A stretch of 64,000 nt of DNA from an uncultured Eubacteriales bacterium (GTDB lineage: Bacteria > Bacillota > Clostridia > Peptostreptococcales > JAAYPU01), in contig CAYSBC010000002.1 of the NCBI GenBank assembly GCA_964429195.1, positions 10,183 to 74,182 on the forward strand, read 5' to 3'. How positions within the stretch are numbered: the stretch's first letter is position 1; each line of letters opens with the position of its first letter. The position numbers were made by a program, and so were the translations under genes. This document shows positions 9,064-20,000 of this stretch, one piece after another. Below the pieces are notes generated by a model. It saw nothing but the letters and a program-made list of their open reading frames with translations, made no database searches and was not told the origin of the DNA.

Positions 9064-10170
9064 ATGATTAGTAAGCACCGTTTAAAAGATGTTGATTTCA
9101 TTTTGTTAACAACAATTTTTATATTGTTCATAGTCGGCATTATTTTTATAGGCAGTACATCCTATGATACATCCTTTATTATTACTAAGAATATTAAAGT
9201 TCAGTTATTTGCCTTTGCTCTTGGCATAGGAGCCATTATTCTGCTTTCTTTTATTGATTATAAAGTTTGGGAATCCATGTACAGAATTTTATACTTATCC
9301 TGCATAGGTTTTCTTTTATTGGTTTATATACCGGGCTTAGGTCAGGTTCATTTTGGAGCACGCAGCTGGATTAGTTTAGGTCCCCTTGATTTTCAGCCTT
9401 CGGAAATAGTAAAAATAATATTCATACTTACTTTTTCGAAATTTTTATCGGAAAGACAAGCCCAATTGCAGACCTTCAGGGGCCTATTAATTGCTGTCGC
9501 TTATTCTTTACCTATCATTTTCTTAATCCTGATAGAACCGGACCTTGGTAATGCAGCAGTCCTAGGGATTATTTCTTTTATTATGATATTTGCGGCAGGA
9601 CTCGATTATAAAATAATGTGGAAATCCGTTGGTTTGACAATTTTATCTGTGCCTCTTGTTTACAGGTTATTAGAAACTCATCAAAAAATCAGAATAGACG
9701 CATTTTTAAATCCCAATGATTTATCGCTACCGGGCAATTATCATGTATGGAATTCCAAAGTGGCTATAGGCTCAGGCAATTTTTTAGGCAAGGGTCTATT
9801 TAGTGGGACACAAAAAAAATTAAAATTCTTGCCTGTGCAAGAATCTGATTTTATTTTCGCTGTTTTATGTGAAGAATTAGGCTTCCTTGGAGGTTTTTTT
9901 GTCATCCTTTTGTATGCTCTGTTTCTAATGCGTCTTACATTGGCTGCATTAAGAGCAAAAGATACTTATGGTAGGCTAGTCATTACCGGAATCACCGGTA
10001 TGTTTGCATTCCAAATATTTGAGAATATCGGTATGACTATGGGCATCATGCCTGTAACGGGAATTACACTTCCCTTTATTAGCTATGGCGGAAGCTCACT
10101 ATTGACCAATATGATTGCGATTGGGATTGTAATCAGTATCAGTATAAGACAACAACGCCTTAAATTTTAA
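9064..10170 (+). CDS. rodA: FtsW/RodA/SpoVE-family peptidoglycan glycosyltransferase, RodA-like by context
   Basis: 368 aa polytopic membrane protein. Motifs QPSEIVKI, ESDFIFAVLCEELGF, GITLPFISYGGSS. Confidence 0.85.
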   Translation: MISKHRLKDVDFILLTTIFILFIVGIIFIGSTSYDTSFIITKNIKVQLFAFALGIGAIILLSFIDYKVWESMYRILYLSCIGFLLLVYIPGLGQVHFGARSWISLGPLDFQPSEIVKIIFILTFSKFLSERQAQLQTFRGLLIAVAYSLPIIFLILIEPDLGNAAVLGIISFIMIFAAGLDYKIMWKSVGLTILSVPLVYRLLETHQKIRIDAFLNPNDLSLPGNYHVWNSKVAIGSGNFLGKGLFSGTQKKLKFLPVQESDFIFAVLCEELGFLGGFFVILLYALFLMRLTLAALRAKDTYGRLVITGITGMFAFQIFENIGMTMGIMPVTGITLPFISYGGSSLLTNMIAIGIVISISIRQQRLKF

Positions 10171-10911
10171 TTAATCATTAAAAAGGGGTTTTTCTATACC
10201 CATAATTCGCGAGGCTATTTCTTCAAAAATCTTATAGTATTTTGAATGGGTAATACTTGCTATAGGTACTCCCTTGTTGGTTGCTATAAATATTTGCTCA
10301 CTATAATGCAATATACCTATAATGTCTGCTTTTAATATTCCTAGCATATAATCGATTCCGGGTAGAATACCTTTCTTAATCAAATCTGATCGCACTTTAT
10401 TGATAATAAGCATTCGCCTACTGATATTTCTACCTACAGCGTCCTTTAATATTCTATCCGCATCTCTTATGCTTGTTAACTCAGGGGTTGCAACTATCAA
10501 GATGGCGTCCGCAGGGGCTATTGCATTTTCATATCCAATTTCAATGCCCGATGGGGAATCAATGATAATATAATCATAATCCTTTTTCAATTGGCTAAAA
10601 AGAGATTTCATCTTATCCGGAGTGACTACATTACTGCGAGTCTGAGAAGATGACATCAAGTAGAAGTTTTTATATCTTTTATCCCTGATGATAGCCTGTC
10701 TCTTTTGGCAGATACCTTCCAACAAATCGATCATGTCGTATACTATGTTATTTTCCATACCTAAGGCCAGGTCCAAATTTCTAAGTCCCATATCGCTATC
10801 TACAACTAAAACCTTATTACCTAACCTTGACAAAGCTATACCAATGTTGGATGTTATTGTTGTCTTTCCTACACCGCCTTTTCCTGATACAACCGTTATG
10901 ACTTCCCCCAT
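10171..10911 (-). CDS. MinD-like ParA-family ATPase. No minC or minE nearby, and the C-terminus is short.
   Basis: 246 aa. Deviant Walker A SGKGGVGKTT and MinD-like DSDMGLRNLDL. Ends ...MGIEKPLFND, with no recognisable amphipathic membrane-targeting helix. Confidence 0.75.
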   Translation of the reverse strand: MGEVITVVSGKGGVGKTTITSNIGIALSRLGNKVLVVDSDMGLRNLDLALGMENNIVYDMIDLLEGICQKRQAIIRDKRYKNFYLMSSSQTRSNVVTPDKMKSLFSQLKKDYDYIIIDSPSGIEIGYENAIAPADAILIVATPELTSIRDADRILKDAVGRNISRRMLIINKVRSDLIKKGILPGIDYMLGILKADIIGILHYSEQIFIATNKGVPIASITHSKYYKIFEEIASRIMGIEKPLFND

Positions 10912-10935
10912 TTTTATATCTCCTCTTTATTTCAA

Positions 10936-13674
10936 TTATTTAACATGTCTGTTTTCAATATAAAACTCTTCGTACTCGTCATTGAGTCCTAAATATTCTG
11001 CCATAACCTCTCTTGCTATAGGAGCGGCAAAACCTCCCTGTCCACCTTGGAAAAGTAATACAGCTACTGCAATCTGTGGGTCATCGTAAGGTGCAAAGCT
11101 TACAAACCAAGCAAAATTTTCATATTCTTGTTTGAAAGAATCAATTCTTGCTTCAGTCACCCTACCCTTGCTCAAGTTAATGACAGCCTGTCTGACAGCT
11201 GTAATTCTGTTATAGCGATTGCTTTCTGCCAGTAAACGATCCATTTCTGCTTCTACCTGACTGAAACTCAAGCTCGAATTAATATATCGAAGATAAGTTT
11301 TAATATATTCTACTTCATCTTTAGGTTGAATATAACCTGCTACTTCCGCTGTACCCGTTTTTCCTCCGACTTCTACCGGAAAATTGGAAAAAATCCCTCT
11401 GGCTGTCCCTCGTGAACCCGAAGTAACCAAATTCATACCTTTTTTAATGTAGTCCAAATTGCTGTAATCCTTTAATTCAATTCTTTTGCTTTCCTTATCC
11501 TGAGCAGCTTCCTCACCCTCAATTCCTTTAATCAGGGTGACTTCATTTCTATAGCCGCCATTGACTAGGGTTGCTATATAATTGGCCATCTGCAGTGGCG
11601 TATAGGCGTGCTGCCCTTGTCCAATAGCCAAGTTTAAAATATCTCCTGTGCTCCAACGAGCTCTGTTAAAATAAGAATATTTAATAATATCTGCTAGGTT
11701 ATAAACATTTTCATCAGGAACATTAAGCTCTGTTAATCTGTTGATTATTTCGCCTCGTGTTGGGTTTTCATAAATCCAGCTTACAATCGTCTCAATAGTC
11801 TTCTCAAGCAACTCCTCATCCTTGGCTAACTCCTTGCCAAAATAGTCAGGATTGTTATTGAGTAACCTTCTTAGGGACGCCTTTGTCGCTTCTTCATTTT
11901 TCTCTTCCGATGGAACTCCGGCAGCTACCTCCGAAATCTCAATGCCCGTCCTTTGTCCTAGTCCCATTTCTTCAGCTAAATCCATGACATCTTTAGGCTT
12001 TAAGCCAGTTCCTAAAGAAACACCTCTTTTAAAATCGTAATCCGACATAATATCATAAAAGTAATAGTTGCAGGATACTTCTAATGCTTCCATGAGGTTA
12101 ACATATCCATGGCTTGATCTATAGTTATTCCATAAGCTGCAAGCAAAACTTTTGCTTCCAAGCATGATAGCTCCACCATCATAAAGCCTCGTATAAGGAC
12201 TTAATCCTTTGTCCATTGCTGCTAAACCAACAAGCATTTTTAAAGTAGATCCGGGTTGAACGGCTGTTCTTGTTGCCGTGTCAAACAATGGGACAGGGGA
12301 TAAAGGATCTCTTGGATTATCATCCTGTAATGATGCCCAATCCTTATTGGATATGCCTAATGTAAAGAGATTAGGATTATAATCCGGATAACTTGCTTCA
12401 GCTAAAATCTCCCCTGTTTTGACATCGATGGCTACAACCGCTCCACTTGTCGCATTTTTATAGGCTTTGCTAAACCTATAATCCCCCCATTTACTTTTAA
12501 AGGTGCCTCCTCTTTGAAGCTCAATTAAGGCATGCTCCAATGCATTCTGCGCAACCTGCTGTAATTCAGCGTCAATGGTGAGATAAATATTCTTTCCCCT
12601 CTCCGGTTCCTTTTCATCGATGACTTTAATAAACTGACCGGAAGCGTTAACTTCAACCTCCGTGATACCATAGCTTCCATTTAAATAAGGTTCCGCATAT
12701 TTCTCTATACCTTGTTTCCCAATAAAATCAGATGGCAAATAGCCTAAACTCGTGTATTCATCCTTTTCTTCCTCTGATATTCTGCCTAAATACCCTAAGA
12801 TATGTGAGGCCAGATTGTCATAGGGATAGTAGCGTATAGGCTCAACGATAACCTCAACACCCGGTAAATCCATCTTTTTTTCTTCTAATTCTATAGTGGT
12901 TTGTTGGGAAATGCCTACTCCTAGCTTTACAGGATTGTACTTCCTATAGCCTTGAGATTCAAGTTCATTTCGAATAATCATAATTTTTCTAGCTTCGCTA
13001 TCGCTATAGGAATCATCAATTTGAAAAACCCTCCTGAATTCTTTAAAGGCATCTTTTGCAGATAAACTTAAATCAATTTTGTATTGACCCAGGAAAATAT
13101 CTTTTTGCAAATCCCTTGTATAACGCATATTCCTTACAGATATAGGTGGATAGATATTGTATTTATTTTGCAGTTCGATTTGAGCATCAAAGCGATCCAG
13201 ACTATCATCAATACTATATCTTCTTCTTATCTCATCAAAGGCTTCCGTCGCATTATAATTAACAGGAATATCATAGGCTATCAACCATTCTTGGATTTCT
13301 TTATCATAGGTATACTTAAAATTTCCTTCCTCAATCAAGATAGGAAAATTATCTGTATAGGTTTCATTATTAGCTTCGAGTATACTGATAAGTTCGATGG
13401 CAATATCATTTATTTTATCATCAACTAAATTATTCCTCACTATTTGAACAACAAAACTCGGTTTGTTTCCGGCTAATACCCGACCATATCTGTCCCGTAT
13501 TTCTCCCCGGAGTGTTGGCATGTAGATTTGTTTTACTCTGATATTATCCGAGGCATTCCGCCATTGTTCTCCCTGAACAACTGTCAATGAAAAAAGCCTC
13601 AAAATAAGAGCAGAAAATAGTATTAAGAAAAGCAATAGTATTTGATTATTTCTATTCTTGACCCATTTATTCAT
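10936..13674 (-). CDS. Penicillin-binding protein 2 (class B transpeptidase, MrdA/SpoVD family) with large insertions
   Basis: 912 aa. N-terminal TM anchor, active-site motif PGSTLK, and KTGTAE. Lies in the mreBCD cluster. Confidence 0.9.
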   Translation of the reverse strand: MNKWVKNRNNQILLLFLILFSALILRLFSLTVVQGEQWRNASDNIRVKQIYMPTLRGEIRDRYGRVLAGNKPSFVVQIVRNNLVDDKINDIAIELISILEANNETYTDNFPILIEEGNFKYTYDKEIQEWLIAYDIPVNYNATEAFDEIRRRYSIDDSLDRFDAQIELQNKYNIYPPISVRNMRYTRDLQKDIFLGQYKIDLSLSAKDAFKEFRRVFQIDDSYSDSEARKIMIIRNELESQGYRKYNPVKLGVGISQQTTIELEEKKMDLPGVEVIVEPIRYYPYDNLASHILGYLGRISEEEKDEYTSLGYLPSDFIGKQGIEKYAEPYLNGSYGITEVEVNASGQFIKVIDEKEPERGKNIYLTIDAELQQVAQNALEHALIELQRGGTFKSKWGDYRFSKAYKNATSGAVVAIDVKTGEILAEASYPDYNPNLFTLGISNKDWASLQDDNPRDPLSPVPLFDTATRTAVQPGSTLKMLVGLAAMDKGLSPYTRLYDGGAIMLGSKSFACSLWNNYRSSHGYVNLMEALEVSCNYYFYDIMSDYDFKRGVSLGTGLKPKDVMDLAEEMGLGQRTGIEISEVAAGVPSEEKNEEATKASLRRLLNNNPDYFGKELAKDEELLEKTIETIVSWIYENPTRGEIINRLTELNVPDENVYNLADIIKYSYFNRARWSTGDILNLAIGQGQHAYTPLQMANYIATLVNGGYRNEVTLIKGIEGEEAAQDKESKRIELKDYSNLDYIKKGMNLVTSGSRGTARGIFSNFPVEVGGKTGTAEVAGYIQPKDEVEYIKTYLRYINSSLSFSQVEAEMDRLLAESNRYNRITAVRQAVINLSKGRVTEARIDSFKQEYENFAWFVSFAPYDDPQIAVAVLLFQGGQGGFAAPIAREVMAEYLGLNDEYEEFYIENRHVK

Positions 13675-13699
13675 TTTTTTCTCCCGATATGCAGTTTAC

Positions 13700-14191
13700 T
13701 TAGATATACCTTCTTTGGGTGTAGAAATTATTATAAAAGATTTTGTATAAAATAACAGCTATAACTGTATTATAAAGAACCTCTATTAGAACAAATTCTT
13801 TAAAAATATTGATCAAACTTATATCTAAACCAAAGAGCCTTGATATGAGCCAATATCCCATATGATAATAGAATGACATGAGTATCATGAGCAATACAGG
13901 CGACAGCAAAGTATCCTTAAATATGTATTCTTTTATTTCATGCACAATAAGGGCCGTAGTCAAATACATCACTGCAGAAATACCTATAATGTTTCCAAAA
14001 AGGATATCCTGAATAAATCCAAAGGCAACACCAAAATAATAGCCGTACTTTTCCGAGCAGAAAAAAGAAAATAAAACAATTAAAATAAGTGTTGTATTGG
14101 GTACAACTCCAAAAATAGAAAAATACTGCAATAATGTAGTTTGAAAGACAAAGTTTATAAAGAAAAAAATAAACACAAGGATGTACTTCAT
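13700..14191 (-). CDS. mreD: Rod shape-determining protein MreD
   Basis: 163 aa, very hydrophobic. Immediately downstream of mreC. Confidence 0.8.
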   Translation of the reverse strand: MKYILVFIFFFINFVFQTTLLQYFSIFGVVPNTTLILIVLFSFFCSEKYGYYFGVAFGFIQDILFGNIIGISAVMYLTTALIVHEIKEYIFKDTLLSPVLLMILMSFYYHMGYWLISRLFGLDISLINIFKEFVLIEVLYNTVIAVILYKIFYNNFYTQRRYI

Positions 14192-14192
14192 T

Positions 14193-15017
14193 TTATATAC
14201 CTTTCTTAATAACTATGACTCTATCCAAACTTTTAAAGTTGACATGCGGCTCTACAATAACAGTTTTTAATAAGTGATTTTCATCCTTGATGACCTCTTC
14301 AATTGTTCCGATGGCGATTCCTTCCTTAAATAATCCTAATCCAGAAGTCACTATTTCATCTCCGATGAGTACATCCGCTTCAGGATCAATGAGATAACCC
14401 TCTAATTTCCCTTGATTATTACCGGATACCAGACCAATAAAATTTTGATTTCTAAGGACTTTAAAACTAACGGAATGGCTATCATCCACGACCGTAACCA
14501 CACTGGCCCAATTATCTCCGATATCTTTTATCCGCCCTACCAATCCATCGCCATTGATAACAGCACTACCTCTTTCAATATTATCTTCTTTCCGAATATG
14601 GATTGTAAACTTATTAAACCAATTACTTCCATCATAAGCAATTATCTTTGTTGTAATATAATCGTAATTGCCCTCTAAATCGTAATAGTTGATGGCATCT
14701 TGAAGCCTTTCAATGGATTCTGTTTCTGCTCTATCTAGTTTCATGTCGATAATAGTTTGTTTAAGCTCAGCATTTTCTTCACTTAAAGCTTGGTTCTCCT
14801 GAATCAGTTGTTTAAATCTAAAAATACTAAAAACATTCTCATTTAATGCATTTCCTACCTTGACCAAAGGAACCTGAAAAAAGGTTACAACACTACCTGC
14901 TTTACCTTCAATCTTATTAATATCCTTATTAAGATAGGAAAGGGTCATTACAATAACGAGAATAATAATGACTGCAATGATGATTAACCCTTTTTTATTT
15001 CGCCTAATCCACCACAT
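14193..15017 (-). CDS. mreC: Rod shape-determining protein MreC
   Basis: 274 aa. N-terminal TM segment, coiled coil (LIQENQALSEENAELKQ), and beta-barrel C-terminal domains. Conserved position after mreB. Confidence 0.85.
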   Translation of the reverse strand: MWWIRRNKKGLIIIAVIIILVIVMTLSYLNKDINKIEGKAGSVVTFFQVPLVKVGNALNENVFSIFRFKQLIQENQALSEENAELKQTIIDMKLDRAETESIERLQDAINYYDLEGNYDYITTKIIAYDGSNWFNKFTIHIRKEDNIERGSAVINGDGLVGRIKDIGDNWASVVTVVDDSHSVSFKVLRNQNFIGLVSGNNQGKLEGYLIDPEADVLIGDEIVTSGLGLFKEGIAIGTIEEVIKDENHLLKTVIVEPHVNFKSLDRVIVIKKGI

Positions 15018-15031
15018 AATACCCTCACTTA

Positions 15032-16063
15032 TTAATATCTTCTTGTTTGCAAGGACATCTTCTTCATTTTTTCAATTTGATCAACGCTCATACCTGTTCC
15101 CATAGCTACACATTCCAAAGGGTTTTCTGCAATAATGACTTTGATACCTGTCTGTTCGGCAATCAGTGTATCCAGTCCTCGAAGCAGCGCGCCTCCTCCG
15201 GTTAAAACAATCCCGCTTTCAATAATATCTGCCGATAATTCAGGTGGCGAACTTTCCAAGGTCGTTTTGACACCATTGATGATGGCTTCAATCGGTTCCT
15301 CTAATGCGTTCATGATCTCTGTATCTGTAAATGCCACAGTTCGAGGCAATCCGGAAACAAGATCTCTTCCCCTGATCTCCATTATTTTACTGTCTCCCTC
15401 ACTTGGATAAGCACTGCCTATTTCTATTTTAATATTTTCTGCAGTTCTTTCACCAATCAGCAAGCTGTATTTCCTTTTGGCGTAATAGATAATCGCTTCA
15501 TCCATCTTGTCGCCACCTACCCTCAGTGAAACGCTGGTAACAATACCACCTAATGAAATGACAGCTATATCCGTTGTTCCTCCTCCAATATCTACAACCA
15601 TACTACCTCGGGCTTCATGTACCGGTAGACCTGCACCTATAGCAGCTGCCATGGGCTCCTCTAATATATATACTTCTTTCGCTCCAGCTTGATGCGCCGC
15701 TTCTTCAACAGCTCGTCTTTCCACACCTGTTACTCCGGAAGGCACGCCTACTACAACCCTTGGTCTGATCAAAAATGAGGAAGAAGTAGCCGAATTGATT
15801 AAATATTTTAACATAGTTTGGGTAATATCAAAATCTGCAATAACACCATCTTTAAGTGGTCTTATTGCTTTAATATTACCGGGAGTTCTACCAATCATTT
15901 CTTTTGCCTTGTTTCCTACAGCCAAGACTTCTTTTCTTTCTTCGTCAATAGCAACCACCGAAGGTTCTCTAACGATAACGCCTTGTCCTTTTAAGAAGAC
16001 TAATGTATTGGCAGTTCCTAAATCTATACCTATATCTCTGTTTAAAAAGCTCAAAAATCCCAT
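15032..16063 (-). CDS. mreB: Actin-like rod shape-determining protein MreB
   Basis: 343 aa. [45 protein letters not shown]. Confidence 0.95.
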   Translation of the reverse strand: MGFLSFLNRDIGIDLGTANTLVFLKGQGVIVREPSVVAIDEERKEVLAVGNKAKEMIGRTPGNIKAIRPLKDGVIADFDITQTMLKYLINSATSSSFLIRPRVVVGVPSGVTGVERRAVEEAAHQAGAKEVYILEEPMAAAIGAGLPVHEARGSMVVDIGGGTTDIAVISLGGIVTSVSLRVGGDKMDEAIIYYAKRKYSLLIGERTAENIKIEIGSAYPSEGDSKIMEIRGRDLVSGLPRTVAFTDTEIMNALEEPIEAIINGVKTTLESSPPELSADIIESGIVLTGGGALLRGLDTLIAEQTGIKVIIAENPLECVAMGTGMSVDQIEKMKKMSLQTRRY

Positions 16064-16079
16064 TCTTTCTTTTCTCCTA

Positions 16080-16772
16080 TCAATTTAGAATTAATTCTTC
16101 TTTTAAGCTAAGATACACACCATCTCCAATAATTAAATGGTCCAGCACATCTATTCCTATGATTTTTCCTGCTTCATAGAGTCTCTTGGTAATCTCGATG
16201 TCCTCAGCACTTGGTTTTGGATTACCACTAGGATGGTTATGTATTAAAATCACTGATGAAGAGCTACGTTTTATAGCATTCACAAAGACTTCTCGCGGAT
16301 GTACAATTGTACTATTGAGACTACCTATTGAAATATCGTCTATCATTATTATCTCATTTTTTGTATTTAATAGTAAAACTTTAAAATATTCTTTTTTGTA
16401 ATACCTCATCTCTTCCATAAATAAGTCGGCCACATCTCTAGGTGACGAAACATTTATTTTTTTACCCTTGGGCCGGGTGGCAATTCTTTTGCCTATTTCG
16501 ATGGACGCTAAAATCTGACATGCCTTGGCATCACCGATGCCTTGAATGTTCTTCAATTCTTCCAGCGACACATGGGTTAGAAAAGACAGACCGTCCTTAT
16601 CCATCGATAAAATCCTATTTGAAAGTTCTATTGCTGACATCTCTCTGGTACCACTCCTAAGAATAATGGCTAGCAATTCCGCATTTGAAAGTGCATGAAC
16701 ACCCAACATAGCTAATTTTTCTCTTGGCCTTTCTTCCAAAGGCATCCCCTTAATCCCAGAATCTAAATACAT
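16080..16772 (-). CDS. radC: RadC-family JAB/MPN domain protein
   Basis: 230 aa. HhH region [14 protein letters not shown] and JAMM motif [17 protein letters not shown]. Confidence 0.9.
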   Translation of the reverse strand: MYLDSGIKGMPLEERPREKLAMLGVHALSNAELLAIILRSGTREMSAIELSNRILSMDKDGLSFLTHVSLEELKNIQGIGDAKACQILASIEIGKRIATRPKGKKINVSSPRDVADLFMEEMRYYKKEYFKVLLLNTKNEIIMIDDISIGSLNSTIVHPREVFVNAIKRSSSSVILIHNHPSGNPKPSAEDIEITKRLYEAGKIIGIDVLDHLIIGDGVYLSLKEELILN

Positions 16773-16844
16773 AATCTATCCCCTTTTTATAGAAAATGAT
16801 GTTAAATAGTGTATCCCCTTCAATCCCCTCATTGAATTTAATAA

Positions 16845-17429
16845 TTACCATTTTACATGAAAATACTTTTCCATCATCCATTTCATTTTTTGAAAAGGTA
16901 ATCCCATCACATTGTAGTAATCACCTTCAATTTTTTCAATCAAGTCCGCACCTTTTCCTTGAATAGCATAGGATCCTGCTTTACCCCATATTTCATCTGT
17001 ATCAATATAGCTTAGAATTTCATCATCTGTTAGCTCCTTGAAATAGACATTCGTTAAATCATAGAAGAGCATTTTTTCAAAGGTGTTGGAACGAATAAGT
17101 GCTACACCTGTGATAACATGATGACAACCTCCGCTGAGTGTCTTCAGCATCGAAAATGCATCCGCTTCATCCTTAGGCTTCCCAAAAACATTATTTTTGT
17201 ACACAAGAGTATCTGCTGCAATGATTATCCCATGATCACGTTTTTTTTCAACATCTAAAGCCTTTAATAGAGCGAGACTCATAGCAATTTGTTCTTTGGT
17301 ATCATGCTGACAAAAATTTTCCTGGATATCCGTGGTTGCCACTTCAAAAGCTACATGATGTTTGCTAAGAATTTCTTTTCTTCTAGGAGAACTTGATGCT
17401 AATATTATTTTTTCCAATTTCACACCCAC
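16845..17429 (-). CDS. maf: Maf-like nucleoside triphosphate pyrophosphatase (septum formation protein)
   Basis: 194 aa. ILASSSPRRKEIL, AADT.V, GKAGSYAIQG. Confidence 0.9.
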   Translation of the reverse strand: MGVKLEKIILASSSPRRKEILSKHHVAFEVATTDIQENFCQHDTKEQIAMSLALLKALDVEKKRDHGIIIAADTLVYKNNVFGKPKDEADAFSMLKTLSGGCHHVITGVALIRSNTFEKMLFYDLTNVYFKELTDDEILSYIDTDEIWGKAGSYAIQGKGADLIEKIEGDYYNVMGLPFQKMKWMMEKYFHVKW

Positions 17430-17444
17430 GACCTTAAAATAAAC

Positions 17445-17696
17445 CTACCGAAGCAGTTTATAGACTATCAAAGCTACAATTATACCAACAACAGTTGCCA
17501 AATTCATGACAAATACTAAACCGAGAGTGAACTGTAAAAATCCTAAATCGACAGTGAATGGTGTAACGCCAATGGTCTTACTATATGAAAATAAATCGAT
17601 GACCCCTGCAAGCATTTGACCTATAAAACTTCCTGCCACCGATCCAATCAGTATGAATAGGATGATTATCATTAAATTTGAATTTCTTCTCGCCAT
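17445..17696 (-). CDS. DUF4321-like small membrane protein
   Basis: 83 aa with two hydrophobic helices. Sits upstream of maf, which I recall as a recurrent arrangement in Firmicutes. Confidence 0.6.
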   Translation of the reverse strand: MARRNSNLMIIILFILIGSVAGSFIGQMLAGVIDLFSYSKTIGVTPFTVDLGFLQFTLGLVFVMNLATVVGIIVALIVYKLLR

Positions 17697-17890
17697 ATTT
17701 ATTCACCTTATCCCTAGCATTAACTGTTATCAATTAGTTTAACATTACTACTTATCATTTACAAGAATTAAAGAACTCATCCCTTTAGTATTTAATGGAT
17801 TGTTGCACAATCCACAAGTCATCATGCTTTATATGTGCATTATGAAAAAAATGTCGAAATAACAATTTCATTATAACACAAACACATCAT

Positions 17891-17926
17891 AAAAAAAGTT
17901 GCCAAGAAAAAATATTCCTTGGCAAC
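17891..17926 (-). terminator. Rho-independent terminator of the rnf operon
   Basis: gttgccaag (17898-17906) pairs with cttggcaac (17918-17926). On the minus strand the hairpin is followed by TTTTTTT (17897-17891). Confidence 0.7.
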
Positions 17927-17939
17927 TCTTCCTTTTTAA

Positions 17940-18767
17940 TCATCCAACCTCATCAATTATTTCCGGTGGCCCCCAAATTATTTTTGTAGGGCATTTTTGA
18001 ACACATACACCGCAATTCGTACACTTTTCATAATCAATTTTGGCTAAGTTGTTTTCAAAACCAATGGCTTCATGTGGGCATGCTTTCACACAAATTTTAC
18101 ATCCAATACACCCAACACTGCATATTTGTCTGACAATTTTCCCAGGCTCCTTATTGTTGCAATTAATAATGACTTGTTGTGAAGCAGGTATCATTTCAAT
18201 GACATGCTTTGGACATTCTTCCACACACTGCTTACACCCTGTGCATTTCTCAGGGTCAACAACAGCCAGCCTATTTTCATCGATTTTTATAGCATCAAAA
18301 GGACAGACTAGAACGCAGGTTCCAAGACCTAAACAACCCGCTTTACAACTTTTGCTTCCACCTTTTATCCTGTTTGCTGCTTTACAGCTTTTAATACCAA
18401 AATACTCAAAATCTGCTTGACTATTATCGCATCCGCCCTTGCAGATTACATGGGCTATTTGCTTCTCACAAGTCTCTACAATATCGCCCATGATAGCAGC
18501 AATTTGGGCAGCAATTTCTGATGAGCATACAGGACATCCATTGGATTTTGCAGCCCCTGATACTACAGCATTTGCATAACCATCACACCCTGGGAATCCA
18601 CAGCCTCCACAATTTGCTCCGGGTAACACAGCCCTTATATCTATAATACGTTGGTCTACTTCAACTTTAAATTTTTCTGAAGCAACAGCTAGTATTGCAC
18701 CAAATATCAAGGCCATTCCCCCTAGGCTTATGACAGGAATAATTATATAAGATAAATCCATAGTCAT
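17940..18767 (-). CDS. rnfB: Rnf complex subunit B (polyferredoxin)
   Basis: 275 aa. N-terminal membrane anchor, CGGCG.PGC motif, and several CxxCxxCxxxCP ferredoxin motifs. Confidence 0.9.
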   Translation of the reverse strand: MTMDLSYIIIPVISLGGMALIFGAILAVASEKFKVEVDQRIIDIRAVLPGANCGGCGFPGCDGYANAVVSGAAKSNGCPVCSSEIAAQIAAIMGDIVETCEKQIAHVICKGGCDNSQADFEYFGIKSCKAANRIKGGSKSCKAGCLGLGTCVLVCPFDAIKIDENRLAVVDPEKCTGCKQCVEECPKHVIEMIPASQQVIINCNNKEPGKIVRQICSVGCIGCKICVKACPHEAIGFENNLAKIDYEKCTNCGVCVQKCPTKIIWGPPEIIDEVG

Positions 18768-18776
18768 CTCCTCCTT

Positions 18777-19358
18777 CTATACGAGTCCAACAAAACCTAA
18801 AAATGCGATAGACATTAGGCTTGCAGTAATAAGTGCTATAGGGAATCCCTTAAATACACTAGGGATATTGGATAATTCTAACCTTTCCCTTATACCTGCA
18901 AATAAGAAAATTGCAAAGGCAAAGCCGAGAGCACCGCTTAGCCCATTAACGATTGTTTGAATTAAATTATAGGATTCTTGAATATTGATAATCGTTACAC
19001 CTAAAACAGCACAGTTTGTTGTGATAAGAGGAAGATACACACCTAGTGCCTTGTATAAGGAGGGACTCGATTTTTGAATAACCATTTCTACAAATTGAAC
19101 CAAAGCAGCGATAACAAGGATGAAAGCAATCGTCTGAAGATATTCTATTTCAAGTGGAACTAATAATAAATAATGCACTAAATAGGTCAGAATAGAGGCT
19201 AGGGTAATAACAAAGGTTACGGCCATACCCATTCCAATTGCTGTTTCTACTTGTTTTGAAACTCCAACAAAAGGGCAGATACCTAAGAATCGAGACATGA
19301 CAAAGTTATTGACTAATATTCCACTGATAAAAATAACAAACAAAGATGTTGTATTCAT
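18777..19358 (-). CDS. rnfA: Rnf complex subunit A
   Basis: 193 aa integral membrane protein of the RnfA/NqrE family. Canonical position in the rnfCDGEAB order. Confidence 0.9.
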   Translation of the reverse strand: MNTTSLFVIFISGILVNNFVMSRFLGICPFVGVSKQVETAIGMGMAVTFVITLASILTYLVHYLLLVPLEIEYLQTIAFILVIAALVQFVEMVIQKSSPSLYKALGVYLPLITTNCAVLGVTIINIQESYNLIQTIVNGLSGALGFAFAIFLFAGIRERLELSNIPSVFKGFPIALITASLMSIAFLGFVGLV

Positions 19359-19985
19359 TTATTTTGCCTCCTTCTTCGCAGATTTTTTGGATCCCATAAA
19401 ATTAAAGAAAGCCATTAAGGAACCGAGAAGCAAGAATGCTCCCGGTGGCAATATCATGATAAGTGCGGGTTGATACGCTTCACCGAATAAAGACATACCA
19501 AACCATGATCCTGCTCCTAGTATTTCTCTTATAGAACCGATTAAAAATAAGGCAGCTGCAAACCCTAATCCATTCCCTAAACCATCTGCCATAGAATGGA
19601 TGACAGAATTTTTAGATGCAAAGGCTTCAGCTCTTGCTAATATAATGCAGTTAACAACGATGAGCGGTATAAAGAGACCTAAGGCTTTATCCAATTCAGG
19701 CACATAAACCTTCATCATCAAGCCCACAATCGTAACAATGGTGGCGATAACAACGACATAAGCAGGTATACGGATTTTATCCGGGATGATGCTTTTAAGT
19801 GCAGATATGACCATGTTTGTTCCTATGAGTACGGCTGTTGTCGCAAGTCCCATCCCTACTCCGTTGATAGCTGATGTTGTTACAGCTAATGTGGGGCACA
19901 TTCCTAATAATTGTACAAAAGTAGGGTTTTCCGTTTTTAATCCGTTGAACACTATTTTAAAAAATTTCACTGTATTTCCCCCCAA
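19359..19985 (-). CDS. rnfE: Rnf complex subunit E
   Basis: 208 aa. NGL..ENPTFVQLLGMCP N-terminus typical of RnfE/NqrD. Confidence 0.9.
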   Translation of the reverse strand: MGGNTVKFFKIVFNGLKTENPTFVQLLGMCPTLAVTTSAINGVGMGLATTAVLIGTNMVISALKSIIPDKIRIPAYVVVIATIVTIVGLMMKVYVPELDKALGLFIPLIVVNCIILARAEAFASKNSVIHSMADGLGNGLGFAAALFLIGSIREILGAGSWFGMSLFGEAYQPALIMILPPGAFLLLGSLMAFFNFMGSKKSAKKEAK

Positions 19986-20000
19986 TCACTTGACCTGAAT

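Noticed and set aside
18040-18420. 126-aa plus-strand ORF, together with other ORFs of 60 aa or more antisense to rnf, mre, pbp2, mutS2, argS, the enoate reductase and the abfD-like gene
   Set aside because: All are nested antisense within genes that have strong family signatures. None has an RBS or recognisable motifs.
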